From assembly GCA_963710605.1 (NCBI GenBank), contig CAVQBA010000006.1:224001-288000 (forward strand): a DNA stretch of 64,000 nucleotides, given 5' to 3'. This DNA comes from an uncultured cyanobacterium. Lineage in GTDB: Bacteria; Cyanobacteriota; Cyanobacteriia; Cyanobacteriales; Cyanobacteriaceae. Below, piece after piece: positions 50,992 through 62,015 of the stretch (position 1 is its first letter; every line of letters starts with the position of its first letter). The notes below the pieces were generated by a model that saw only the letters and a list, made by a program, of their open reading frames with translations, ran no database searches and was not told the DNA's origin. The position numbers and the translations under genes are program-made.

Positions 50992-53544
50992 ATGAATAAG
51001 TTTAGCCTTAAATCAAAAATTATTATTTTATTATTAGGAGTTAGTCTTTTTTCTATAGCCACAGGAAGTATTTTAAGTTGGTTAAGATTTAAAATATTAA
51101 TTGAAGAACAAGTTTTTACTCAATTAACTAGTATTAAAAAAACTAAATCTTATCATACCGAATATTATTTTGAAAACTTACGCAATCAGTTAGAAATATT
51201 AAGCGAAAATCAAATTTTAGTTACGGCAATAAGTGAATTTAATACGGCATTTCAAGAATTAGAAAATTATCAACTTTCTAGCAATATAAATCAAGAAGTG
51301 AAAACTTTTTATGAAGAGACTTTTTTTCCTAAATTAGCTCAAAATAGAGAAGGAGAGCAAATTTATAGTAATTATTCTCCTTTAAGTAAAGCAGGTATAT
51401 ATCTTCAGTACCATTATCTAGTTAAAAATCCTTTTTCTTTAGGTGAAAAAAACAAATTAAACTCAGCAAAAGATAATAGTAATTATAGTCAGGTACATAA
51501 TAAATATCATTCAATTTTGCAAGACTTAGTCAAAAAATTTGGCTATAATGATTTATTTTTAATTGATTATCAAACAGAGGCAATTATTTATTCAGTCTAT
51601 AAAGAAACTGATTATGCAACTAATTTACAAAAAGGAGCTTATAGTCGTAGCAACTTAGCTTCTGTTGTTAATGCAGTCAAAGACAATCCTGCTAAAGGTT
51701 TAGTTCATGTAACAGATTTTCAGTCTTATACACCTAGTTATGGTGAACCTGCGGCTTTTTTGGCAATACCTATTTATGATAATACTCAGATTACTGGTAT
51801 TTTAGCTGTTCAATTACCGATCGATAAACTTAACAGTATTTTAATAGAAGATAATGCTTTTCAAGGATTAGGAAATACAGGCGAAGTTTATTTATTTGGT
51901 AATGATTATTTAATGAGATCTCAAGCTAGATTATTAAAAGAAAATCCTCAAAAATATTCTCAACAAATTAAAAAATTAGGTTTACCTGAATTAACTATTA
52001 AATTAATTGAAAATTATCAAAGTTCGGTTTTTTTACAACCAGTAGATAGGAAAATAGCTAACTTAGCTATTTCAGGGGATTCAGGAAATATTATTACTGA
52101 AAATAATCAAGGTAAATTGATTTTTAGTTCTTATTCACCTTTAGATATAAAGGGATTACAGTGGGGTATTATTGCTCAAATAGAAGCCGATGAAGTTTTT
52201 GAACCTTTATATTCGTTTTTATCTAATTTAGTGGTTATCAGTGCCATTACCGCAGCACTTATTTTAGGTATATCAAATTTAGCTTCCCGAAATTTAATTA
52301 AGCCAATTCAATCTTTAATCAATTTAGGTGACAAAATACAAGCGGGAAATTACGATATTAAAGCACAATTGAATCGTAATGATGAATTACAAGAGTTAGC
52401 TCAAAGTATTAATCATATTATCGATCGAGTTCAAATTCAATCGCAATTAGTAGAAGAAAAAAGTCAAAAAAATAAAAGTTTATTATTAAATATTCTTCCT
52501 GATGTAGTTGTTGAAAGACTCAATCAAGGTGAACAATCAATTAATGATTCTGTTTCTCAAGCTACTGTTGTCGCCACTAGAATCGTCGGCTTAGATGAAT
52601 TAGCAACTCAAAGAAATCTTGCTGAAATTGCTGAAATTTTTAATCAGCTAATTAATAGTTTTGATGGGTTAGCAATCGAATATGGTATAGAAAAGCAAAA
52701 CACGATTGGGGCTGGATATATCGGTATTTGTGGTTTATCAGTCGCTTATTTAGATCATGAACAAAGATGTGTTAGGTTTACTTTTGAAATGCTAGAAGCG
52801 ATCGAATCTGTTAATGCAAAATATGAAACTAATCTTGGTTTAAGAATAGCAATTCATTCTGGGGCGTTAAGTGCAAGTATTATTGGTAAACAGAAATTTG
52901 CATATCAAGTTTGGGGAGAAACAATTGATAATATCATCAAAATCAATCAAGCACAAAAAATAAATAATATTTTAGTGACTCAATCTCTTCAAGAAAAATT
53001 AACAGATCAATATTTATTTATTAAACATTACGGTGTCGATAACGAAGCAAAAGGTAAGATTCAGACATGGATGTTGATGACACCTAAAGGTACATTCTCT
53101 AAACAAGTAGATTTAGTTCAAGATTCTTTCGTTAAATTATTACCTCAAATGGATTCGACAGGAGAATTGTTTTACGATCGATTATTTAAAGTTGCTCCTC
53201 AAGTTCGTCGTATGTTTAAAAAAGACATGAAAACACAACATCAAAATTTAATGTCAACTTTACAAATAGCAGTGAATGGTTTGAGGAATTTAGAAACTTT
53301 GTTACCGATTGTGCAAGATTTGGGGAGAAAACACGTAGGTTACCACGTTGTGCCCGAACAATACGATTTAGTCGCAGAAGTCTTGATTTGGACTTTAGAG
53401 CAACAACTAGCTCAAGATTTTACTCCTTCAGTCAAAGTAGCTTGGCGTACTGCTTTATCTTTAATTATTAATGTGATGAAAGATGCGGCTATGTCTGTAT
53501 CTGATTTAAATGTAGAAAACAAAAAAATTAATCAAGCTGTTTAA
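50992..53544 (+). CDS. Membrane sensor-HAMP-degenerate class III cyclase-globin fusion
   Basis: LLLNILP, LRIAIHSG, KFAYQVWGET cyclase motifs; C-terminal FYDRLFKVAPQVRRMF...LGRKHVGYHV globin. Confidence 0.85.
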   Translation: MNKFSLKSKIIILLLGVSLFSIATGSILSWLRFKILIEEQVFTQLTSIKKTKSYHTEYYFENLRNQLEILSENQILVTAISEFNTAFQELENYQLSSNINQEVKTFYEETFFPKLAQNREGEQIYSNYSPLSKAGIYLQYHYLVKNPFSLGEKNKLNSAKDNSNYSQVHNKYHSILQDLVKKFGYNDLFLIDYQTEAIIYSVYKETDYATNLQKGAYSRSNLASVVNAVKDNPAKGLVHVTDFQSYTPSYGEPAAFLAIPIYDNTQITGILAVQLPIDKLNSILIEDNAFQGLGNTGEVYLFGNDYLMRSQARLLKENPQKYSQQIKKLGLPELTIKLIENYQSSVFLQPVDRKIANLAISGDSGNIITENNQGKLIFSSYSPLDIKGLQWGIIAQIEADEVFEPLYSFLSNLVVISAITAALILGISNLASRNLIKPIQSLINLGDKIQAGNYDIKAQLNRNDELQELAQSINHIIDRVQIQSQLVEEKSQKNKSLLLNILPDVVVERLNQGEQSINDSVSQATVVATRIVGLDELATQRNLAEIAEIFNQLINSFDGLAIEYGIEKQNTIGAGYIGICGLSVAYLDHEQRCVRFTFEMLEAIESVNAKYETNLGLRIAIHSGALSASIIGKQKFAYQVWGETIDNIIKINQAQKINNILVTQSLQEKLTDQYLFIKHYGVDNEAKGKIQTWMLMTPKGTFSKQVDLVQDSFVKLLPQMDSTGELFYDRLFKVAPQVRRMFKKDMKTQHQNLMSTLQIAVNGLRNLETLLPIVQDLGRKHVGYHVVPEQYDLVAEVLIWTLEQQLAQDFTPSVKVAWRTALSLIINVMKDAAMSVSDLNVENKKINQAV

Positions 53545-53566
53545 TGTAATTAACTCAAAAGAAAAA

Positions 53567-55081
53567 ATGGCAAAATCAACTTTAGTTTGGGGATTAATTA
53601 TCATGATTGCTATTCCAATTGTGGCAGTTATTTTAATTGAGTGTATTCGTTATTTTGAGAAACAAAAAAGTTTGTTTACTCCTGTTGTTAAAAATATTTG
53701 GCAATATATTTTTCCTCTAACGGTTTTATTGTTAGTGATGACTAAACTTTTAAATTTTACCAGTAATAATATACTAGTAAAGGTCATTGAAACAGGTTTT
53801 TGGATTGGAGCATTTATTACTTTACTGGCAGTAATTAACTCAATTTTAACGACAAAAGAAGTAGGTAAAGGGCTTTCACAGATAAAAGTATCTAATCTAT
53901 TTTTTCAATTAACCCGTGGTTTAGTTTTAGCCGTTATTTTCTATTATGTTTTTGAAGTCGTTTGGCAAGTTAATTTAGCTAACTTAGCAGGTGCATTAGG
54001 AATTGGTTCGTTAGTAATTGCTTTAGCCCTGCAAGATACTTTTAGTGGTCTTGTTTCGGGTTTTTTATTAGCAATCGATCGACCTTTTAAAGTTGGTGAT
54101 TGGATAAAATTTAATGAAATTGAAGGAGAAGTTATTGACCAAAATTGGCGTGCGGTGAGAGTAGAAACATTGTTTGGTGATGAGATTATTATTCCTAATA
54201 GTATTTTATCTAAAGCGGTGATTACTAACCCTGTGAATCTTTATCCTTGGATTTGGCGAGAGTTAGATGTCCGTTTTGCTTATTATCATCCTCCTAATTT
54301 AATCAAAAAAATCATTTTAGAAGAAGTGTTCGAGAAAACACCCAGTATATTTGTTGAGCCTAAGCCTGTAGTTCGTGTTAGTGCTTATGAAGATTTTTAC
54401 ATTAAGTATTATATTGGTTTTGCGATGAACGATCGAGAATATCGTTCTTGTCTTGACTATGACGACATGGTTATGACTCAAATTTATTACGCTACAAAAC
54501 GAGCTAATTTGGTCACACCAATCTCAACTAAAATACAATTAAAAAGCGATCGACATCCTTATAATCCTTATTATGATCCTAATGATAAATACGATCGTGA
54601 TTATATTCAACAATTTTTACAACTACTATCTTATTTTTCTTATCTAGATGAAAAGACGATCGCAAATTTGACAACTAAAGCCAGTTTAAAAACTTATGGT
54701 ATGAATGAATATATTATTCAAGCACAAGAAACAGATCAAGGATTATATATTATTTTAGAAGGTAGTGTCAAACTTCAAATTAGAGATTGGCAAAATGAAC
54801 AAAAAATAGTTAGTCATCTATTCAAAGGTGATTTATTCGGTGAGATGGCACTTTTAGAAAACGAATCTTCTCCTGTTTCTATTCTGGCGATAGAAGATGT
54901 TACGGTAGTTATCTTTAACCATCAATTAATTAATACTATTATTGATAGTAACGCCAAATTTGGTCGAGATATGAATCAATTTATTGAAGAGCGGAAAAAA
55001 TTGATCGGTTTTGCTCAAGGCTTAGAAAATACAACTAAAAATCGAACCAACGAAGATGATTTTACACAGTTAATTGTTTAG
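53567..55081 (+). CDS. MscS-family channel with C-terminal cNMP-binding domain
   Basis: ALALQDTFSGLVSG, RPFKVGDWI, IPNS; GLYIILEGSV...GDLFGEMALL. Confidence 0.9.
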   Translation: MAKSTLVWGLIIMIAIPIVAVILIECIRYFEKQKSLFTPVVKNIWQYIFPLTVLLLVMTKLLNFTSNNILVKVIETGFWIGAFITLLAVINSILTTKEVGKGLSQIKVSNLFFQLTRGLVLAVIFYYVFEVVWQVNLANLAGALGIGSLVIALALQDTFSGLVSGFLLAIDRPFKVGDWIKFNEIEGEVIDQNWRAVRVETLFGDEIIIPNSILSKAVITNPVNLYPWIWRELDVRFAYYHPPNLIKKIILEEVFEKTPSIFVEPKPVVRVSAYEDFYIKYYIGFAMNDREYRSCLDYDDMVMTQIYYATKRANLVTPISTKIQLKSDRHPYNPYYDPNDKYDRDYIQQFLQLLSYFSYLDEKTIANLTTKASLKTYGMNEYIIQAQETDQGLYIILEGSVKLQIRDWQNEQKIVSHLFKGDLFGEMALLENESSPVSILAIEDVTVVIFNHQLINTIIDSNAKFGRDMNQFIEERKKLIGFAQGLENTTKNRTNEDDFTQLIV

Positions 55082-55424
55082 TCAGAGTAATTTAATACTT
55101 TTGTATTGATGATAAAAGTTAAGACATAATTTTAGTTCAATTTATTGAACGGTTGTTGTAGCCTTGTCAATTGATTGCAAGGCGGGTTTTATCTTCTTTT
55201 TCTATTATTACTTATACTGTCTCAAACTTAATTTAAACAACTATAAGACATAATTTTAGTTCAATTTATTGAACGGTTATTTGTAGCCTTGAACTTAAGT
55301 TCAAGGCTAATCATGTACGTTAACTAAAGTTAACTTTTAGTTTATTGGGAGATTTATTAGTGTATATAATCTTTTTTTGCTTAGGTGCAATTATGAAATT
55401 ACGATCGCACCTAATATATTAATC

Positions 55425-56963
55425 CTAACTATTAAATTGTTCAAACACTGATAAATCTAATTGCTCAAACTGCTTAAAAAACATCAGTAAACGAGAAGCA
55501 ATTTTACTCACACCACCACTGATATTACTTTCTATATTTAAAGGTATAACAGGATCGTGTAAAGATAAACGTAATAAAAACCAACCTTTTTCTTGCTCAG
55601 ATTCACAAGCCACTCTTACCCCTTCATGATTGGGAGTAACTAGTTGCCAATCTGATTGAGTTTGAACAAATTCGCTTAATTCGTCAATTACTTTATTTCC
55701 ATATGCTTTAAAGTCATCTGTATTAATTGCAAAACGAAATTCTTCACTTTCAATCGGCTCAACTAAATCAGCGATTAAATCGGTTAATTTTTGCCCCTTT
55801 AAATTCAACTTGGCTAATTCGATTAATAATTTGGTGATTAAATAAGCACCATCATCAAGAAAATGGTTTTCTTTTAATGCCCCATGCCCTGAAGTTTCGA
55901 TCGCTAACCATGATTCCTCTCCTGCTTCGTTTAGCTTTAAAGATTCGTTGATAACGTTTTTGTAACCACGTTTGAAACGATGATGTTTACCTTGTAATTT
56001 TTCTACGATAAATTGAGTTAATCCATCAGAGGTAATTGAATCTGTAACAACAGTTGAGTGAGGATGCTCGGTTAAAACGATCGAACTGATTAAAGCAATC
56101 AGACGGTTACGATTTAATTCTTTACCCTCGGCATCAACCGCCGCTGAGCGATCGACATCAGTATCAAAAATAATACCAAAATCAGCTTGATTATCAACAA
56201 CAGCTTGAGAAATTGAAGCCATCGCCTCTTTGTTTTCAGGGTTAGGAATATGGTTAGGAAAATTACCATCAGGCTCTAAAAACTGACTTCCTGTAGTATC
56301 TGCCCCTAAGGGTTTTAATACTTTATCAGCGTAAAATCCACCTGCACCATTACCAGCATCTACGATTATTTTTAACCCTTGTAAAGGTTGCTCAAAACTG
56401 TCTGGATGATTGACAGCCTTTCTAATTTGTTGAACGAAACCATCGGCATAAACCGAAATAAAGTCATGGTTAGTTACTTTACCTTTGGTATCACTATCAA
56501 TAAATTCGTTTTGCTCAGCGAGGGTTAAAATATCAGTAATATTTTGTTTTCCTAAACCACCATTAGGGGTAAAAAATTTTAAACCATTACGATTAAAAGG
56601 TAGGTGACTAGCTGTTAACATAATCGCTCCATCGCAATTAAACCCATCGGTGATAGTACTCATAAACATTGCCGGAGTAGAGGCGATCGCAAAATTTAAT
56701 ACATTTGCCCCCAGACTATTGATACCTTCGCTTAAGGCTTTGAGTAATGTCTCTCCTGATAAACGACTATCTCTACCTACAGAAACAGTGAGTTGATTAG
56801 TTGGTTTTTGGCTTTGTTGACTTAACCATTGCGTAAAGGCTTTACCTAAAATGGTAACAACTTCAGGAGTTAGGTTAACCTTTTCGCCTTTTACTCCTTC
56901 AATTGCTACACCTCTAATATCAGAACCATTTTGTAGTTTTTGCCAATTAGTTGTTGTGATCAT
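55425..56963 (-). CDS. Phosphoglucomutase/phosphomannomutase
   Basis: NGSDIRG, TASH, FDTDVDR, ETSGH; ATG 56963 preferred. Confidence 0.92.
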   Translation of the reverse strand: MITTTNWQKLQNGSDIRGVAIEGVKGEKVNLTPEVVTILGKAFTQWLSQQSQKPTNQLTVSVGRDSRLSGETLLKALSEGINSLGANVLNFAIASTPAMFMSTITDGFNCDGAIMLTASHLPFNRNGLKFFTPNGGLGKQNITDILTLAEQNEFIDSDTKGKVTNHDFISVYADGFVQQIRKAVNHPDSFEQPLQGLKIIVDAGNGAGGFYADKVLKPLGADTTGSQFLEPDGNFPNHIPNPENKEAMASISQAVVDNQADFGIIFDTDVDRSAAVDAEGKELNRNRLIALISSIVLTEHPHSTVVTDSITSDGLTQFIVEKLQGKHHRFKRGYKNVINESLKLNEAGEESWLAIETSGHGALKENHFLDDGAYLITKLLIELAKLNLKGQKLTDLIADLVEPIESEEFRFAINTDDFKAYGNKVIDELSEFVQTQSDWQLVTPNHEGVRVACESEQEKGWFLLRLSLHDPVIPLNIESNISGGVSKIASRLLMFFKQFEQLDLSVFEQFNS

Positions 56964-57267
56964 GATCAAAAATTTTTGAAATTGATAATTACTGATGAAG
57001 AGGCGACTAATCCTCTTTACAATTAACGATAACAATTCCCTTTCAAAAACAAGAACAAAAAGTAGCTTTACTTAATATTCTTAGTTTTTAAGAAAAAAAA
57101 GAGCAAAAATTACCCTGAATTGAGGATAGTCTTAAATACTTAATAGTTGATCGTGATTTTATTTTTCACTAAATACTAAAATATAATCTGATTGTGAAGT
57201 ATCTCAATACTAAATTGAGTAAGAAATAGCAATTATTAATTATTAATTATTAATTATTAATTACTTT

Positions 57268-60198
57268 TTACCAAGTAAAATTAGTTTCGTAAACTTTCTT
57301 GCAGATAAAGTAAGAAAAGACTAAAAATAAAATCATTGGAATTGCGATCGCAATTAAGTTTGACAGACCAAAAGTCTCTAAAATATTTTTTAAAGGTAAA
57401 ACGAATTGGTGAGTGATAAAAAATGGAAATGCTAAAATCCCAATAGTTGCTGTTGCTTGAAAGATAAATTTAAGCCACTGAGGAAATTCATTGTATTGAG
57501 ATAAAATACGATCGTTAATTTTTAAAAGTACTAAAATCGCTCCAATATTAAATATCCAAGTCCAAGAAGATACTGGACGTGGCCACGTCCACCAAGTATC
57601 AAATGAATCAGCATGAGAAGAAGTGACTAGTGCGAAGGAAATCAAAGCAAGACCAATCCAAATGTAGTCAGTATTAAGCGGATTTATTTCTTTATTTATT
57701 TTCTTCCTCATGGCAATACCAATACTCATACCAACTAATACGCCAGGAGTGAGGCTAAAGTAACCAAATTTGGCAACCATCAAAATTTTAAATAATTCAA
57801 CTAAGCCATAGGCTGTGTAATTTCCCCAACCTTGTAAGAAAAAATAATATAAAAAGTGAATTAGTACACCCAAACACAAACTGACAACAACAGGATTTTT
57901 AACTTTCTCTAGTAACTTAAACCACAATCCGAGAGTAGCAGTAATTAAGAAGAAATAGCTAATAACAGAATAGAAAGAGTTAGTAAAATTAGTAAATGAA
58001 TCAAATCGATTAGTAGCTAATTGCAGTCCAATCACTCTAATTGATAGAGCGATAATACCTACAAATAAAAGTTTTAACGTTGTTTTAATAAGTTTGTAAA
58101 AACGTTGACGATCGTTTTTATATATTTCAAACAAAGAATAACCAGCCGAAACACCATACACAATACTAAAACCTTGAGTACCTGCCGCAAATATATTCGC
58201 CATCACAGGTGCTAATATTTGACCAATAACTGAAGGTAGCTTATCAAAAAGACCAGCTGACCAATGTCCAGATATAACGCAAAAAACTAAAAATCCACGA
58301 ATTATATTGATATTAAAACCTGTTTTAGTATAAAGATTAGAAATAGTGTGAGATATTTTAACAGGTTCTTTTTCGGTATTTTGAGAGGCTTGAATTCTTT
58401 GAGCTAATTCTCTAACTGACAAACCTTGTAACATTCCCCTGACAATCTCACGAGGAATACCTAACTGCTCCATTTTGACCATTACTGAGATCGCTGTTAA
58501 GGAGTCTCCACCAATGGAAAAGAAGTTACTCTCAGGTTCAATGTTATCTACTCCTAGAACTTCTTGCCAAACTTTAATAATATGTTGTTCTTGTTCGTGC
58601 TGAGTATTTGTCGTAGTGGTTGCTGTTGTCGTTTTTGAGCCTTCAATTCTCTGGGCTAACTCCCTGACTGACAAGCCTTGCAACATTCCCCTAACAATAT
58701 CACGAGAGATACCTAACTGCTCCATTTTGACCATTACTGAGATCGCTGTTAAGGAGTCTCCACCGATTGAAAAGAAGTTGCTATCTGGTTCAATATTTTC
58801 TACTCCTAATATTTCTTGCCAAACCTCGATGATATGTCTTTCTTGTTCACTGAGATGATTACCACCATTGGTTGAGAAGACATCAACATCAGGGGCTGTA
58901 CTATCAATTTTTGGTTCAGCTTCAAATAGTTTAGTTAATTCTTTTCTTTTGATTTTACCTGTGTTAGTAGTGGGAAATTCATCCAACTCAATTAGTTTAA
59001 TGGCATCAAAACTACGAATATTATTTGCCGCCATTGCTTCTGTGGCGGCTTTTTTGACTGATTCTAATGGTAAATTGTATTCTTTTAAGGTAGCAATTAG
59101 GATACCATCACCTCTCATAACATCTGGTATTCTGGTAACTGCAACACCTGATTTGATTTGAAGTGTTTCTCTGATGTGTTTTTCGATCGTTTCTGGTGAT
59201 ATTTTGATTCCACCACAGTTAATTAAATCATCCGCTCTACCTTGATAGTAAATATAACCATTCTCAATCTTACCTAAATCGTTAGTAGTTAACCATCCTT
59301 GTTGATCAATATTTTCAATTAATTCACCGTTAACTAACATTTTGCGAGCAACGTTATCTCCTTTAATCATTATTTTTTGTTCAGGAGATAATTTGATTTG
59401 CATATTACCGTAACCTTTACCTACAGATTCTAAATCGATACCTGAAGTTTGATCAATTTCTAAAAATGTACTTCGAGATGCTTCAGTTAAACCGTAGTGT
59501 TGAAGTATTTTAGCATTAGGAAAAAGAGCTTTGATTTGTTCTTTTTCTTTTTGACTCATGTATTGACTACCAATTTCAATCCACTTTACTTGATGAGTTT
59601 CTTGACCAAAAATTTGTTGACATTGAAATAACAATCGCCATAAACTAGGAACAGCAGAGATAGCATTAATCGATCCTTCTAACAGCATATCTCTGATTTC
59701 TAGCGGATTAAATCCATTTTCAGGTAAATAAAATTCTCCTCCTGCGGTGGCAACGGCTCGGCATCTACCAAAACCGAATGAATAATTAACTGGAATACCC
59801 ACATATTCTCTAATAGTTGAATCGACTTTCATTGTGTGGTTAAGACGCTCAACAACATCGTTTAAGTTTTGATGAGATAACAATACCCCTTTAGGATTTC
59901 CTGTTGTACCTGAAGTAAAAGCTATTTGGGCGAGCGATTCTGTTTGTTGAGGAATAAAACCTATTTTACACCAACCAAACTCTAATTTGGGGGTAATTAT
60001 TTTTTTTGCCCCTGTTAAATCTATTTTATAGTAATCTTGTTCACTCGTTAAAAATACGGCTATTTTTTTTTCTTGAAAACAGTTAAAAATTGTCCTGATA
60101 AAATCGATCGAATTAACTGAGACAACCCCAACTATTTCTCTAGTATTTGCACCAAAAATATGTTGTTTCGTTTGTGGGGAGATAATATCGTTTTCCAT
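57268..60198 (-). CDS. Adenylation domain + two carrier (PP-binding) domains + multi-TM acyltransferase-like domain
   Basis: FTSGTTGNPKG, YGLTE, TNDLG, GRADD, TGKIKR; NFFSIGGDSL twice; INIIRGFLVFCVISGH then ~10 TM helices. Confidence 0.8.
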   Translation of the reverse strand: MENDIISPQTKQHIFGANTREIVGVVSVNSIDFIRTIFNCFQEKKIAVFLTSEQDYYKIDLTGAKKIITPKLEFGWCKIGFIPQQTESLAQIAFTSGTTGNPKGVLLSHQNLNDVVERLNHTMKVDSTIREYVGIPVNYSFGFGRCRAVATAGGEFYLPENGFNPLEIRDMLLEGSINAISAVPSLWRLLFQCQQIFGQETHQVKWIEIGSQYMSQKEKEQIKALFPNAKILQHYGLTEASRSTFLEIDQTSGIDLESVGKGYGNMQIKLSPEQKIMIKGDNVARKMLVNGELIENIDQQGWLTTNDLGKIENGYIYYQGRADDLINCGGIKISPETIEKHIRETLQIKSGVAVTRIPDVMRGDGILIATLKEYNLPLESVKKAATEAMAANNIRSFDAIKLIELDEFPTTNTGKIKRKELTKLFEAEPKIDSTAPDVDVFSTNGGNHLSEQERHIIEVWQEILGVENIEPDSNFFSIGGDSLTAISVMVKMEQLGISRDIVRGMLQGLSVRELAQRIEGSKTTTATTTTNTQHEQEQHIIKVWQEVLGVDNIEPESNFFSIGGDSLTAISVMVKMEQLGIPREIVRGMLQGLSVRELAQRIQASQNTEKEPVKISHTISNLYTKTGFNINIIRGFLVFCVISGHWSAGLFDKLPSVIGQILAPVMANIFAAGTQGFSIVYGVSAGYSLFEIYKNDRQRFYKLIKTTLKLLFVGIIALSIRVIGLQLATNRFDSFTNFTNSFYSVISYFFLITATLGLWFKLLEKVKNPVVVSLCLGVLIHFLYYFFLQGWGNYTAYGLVELFKILMVAKFGYFSLTPGVLVGMSIGIAMRKKINKEINPLNTDYIWIGLALISFALVTSSHADSFDTWWTWPRPVSSWTWIFNIGAILVLLKINDRILSQYNEFPQWLKFIFQATATIGILAFPFFITHQFVLPLKNILETFGLSNLIAIAIPMILFLVFSYFICKKVYETNFTW

Positions 60199-60677
60199 CG
60201 TTTATCCTCAGTATTAAAATACAAAATAATTTATTCACAAAGCAAGGAATGAGAAATATAGGTTATTAAAACAGTTAATTTATTGAATTTAAATCAAAAC
60301 TGCTGTTAAGTTTAGCATTTAAATCTTTATATCTTTTTACGTCAATAAGGTCAAGACAATTATCTTCAATCATTGATATTAAAATGAGAAGTTTAGCTAA
60401 AAATATTATCCTATCATGATTTAGCTTGTGTCTTTTACCTTACTCGATCGAGCGTATCATAACGTTTTTACTCAATATTCAAATACAAAATTGGTTCGTT
60501 TAAAAATAAGATATTTTAATTACTAGTTGATGATTACTATTTAAATACAAATCTAGGGAATTAATTTTAGTATGGGTTGAGTTTAACTAAATGATTGAAA
60601 AGATAGCCAACCGCACAACCCATCACCATATATTTAAACTCTATTATCTGCACATACAGCCGAATTAATATTTTTTT

Positions 60678-61687
60678 TTAGGCTGTCATGCCAACTAATA
60701 TTTTTCTAGGCCGACAAAAGTGCTTCTGCCGTGAGCGGCTAAGAGATTATCTAACAACATAATATCTCCTTTTTGCCAAGGGAATTTGATCTCTTCTTCT
60801 AGATAAATTTGTCTAATTTGGTCTAATACAGATGGCTCTATTTCGCTACCATCACCATAATAAGAATTACGAGGAAGTTCGTTTGGTTCAAACAAAGATA
60901 ACAATTTTTGTTGAATATCAGGCTTCATATTAGACAGATGAAATAGATGTGCTTGATTAAACCATACTTTTTCTTTAGTAACAGGATGAGTTAAGACTGC
61001 TTGACAAGTTTGATAAGTTCTGAGATGATTTTCGTTTACCCATTCTTGTTTAATTCCGATTTTGTCACATATTTTTTTCAATTCTGATTTACTTTCAGTT
61101 TGAAACACTTGTTGCCACGGTAAATCTAAGCCATTACCGTAGTTACGAATATACATAATTTTTTTGTCTTCAAACTTAGAGCGAATGCTAGGATCAATTT
61201 TTTGGTAAACTGCTTTACTATCAGCGATCGGTGTATAGCCAAGTTCTAATGCGGGTTGAACACAATAAAAACCGATTTTCATTGGCCAGCTAAGACTATA
61301 GGACATTTCGTTATGCAAAGGAATAGACTGCTGGGCTGGATATTCTGTTGAGGTATAAACCTTATTACCAACTTTAGAGCGAGGGGTAGAAGCATAAGAA
61401 TATGTTAATAACTTACCAAAAGTCTTGGCGATTAAGTTTTCAAAATCTTCGACACCATTAACTTGAAAGCCTCTAAGTAAAACACCTCCATGTTCTAATA
61501 TTTTTTCTTGAACAAATTGTTTATTTTTAACAACCCAATCAACAACATTGATGTCTTTTTCTGAAGCTTTCATCAGTAAAGGAAGCATTGAGTTTTCATG
61601 CAAAGGAGAACATTCAACTAATTCTTGTCCTAATTCTTGTTTGCCAAAACTTGAGGTGAGATTCAATCTAGAAAGTAAATTTTTCAT
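60678..61687 (-). CDS. TauD/TfdA (SyrP-like) Fe(II)/2-oxoglutarate dioxygenase; frameshift near 60709
   Basis: VYTSTEYP, IPLHNEMSY, WFNQAHLFH, DNLLAAHGR; adding one C gives GPRKILVGMTA*. Confidence 0.88.
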
Positions 61688-62015
61688 AAAATTAATTGAT
61701 ATAAGTTAGTAAATTTCAACACATTTTGCTGATTGTATCTAGGTTGATACTTAAATCCTTCGAGCAACTTTTAAGTATCTGCGTACTTAATTTAGCCAAT
61801 ACTCGTTTAAGCAAAAATCAATATTTTGCCTTGATTATACTTTGGGCTACAATAATCAGCTTCAAATTCTTTAATCATTTTAGCTATTTAATCATCCTTT
61901 TTCCTGAATTGTTTATGTAGTATATTTATTTTAGATTGTTGTTTAAATTATTAGTTATTTACTAATAAAATACAGAATAGACAACATTTATTAAATAAAT
62001 TGACAATCTCAAACT

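Noticed and set aside
57268-61687. Conventional NRPS/PKS secondary-metabolite cluster
   Set aside because: No condensation, ketosynthase or thioesterase domains anywhere in the window.
61726-61920. 64-aa intergenic ORF
   Set aside because: TTG start, no RBS, no recognisable features, opposite strand to its neighbours.
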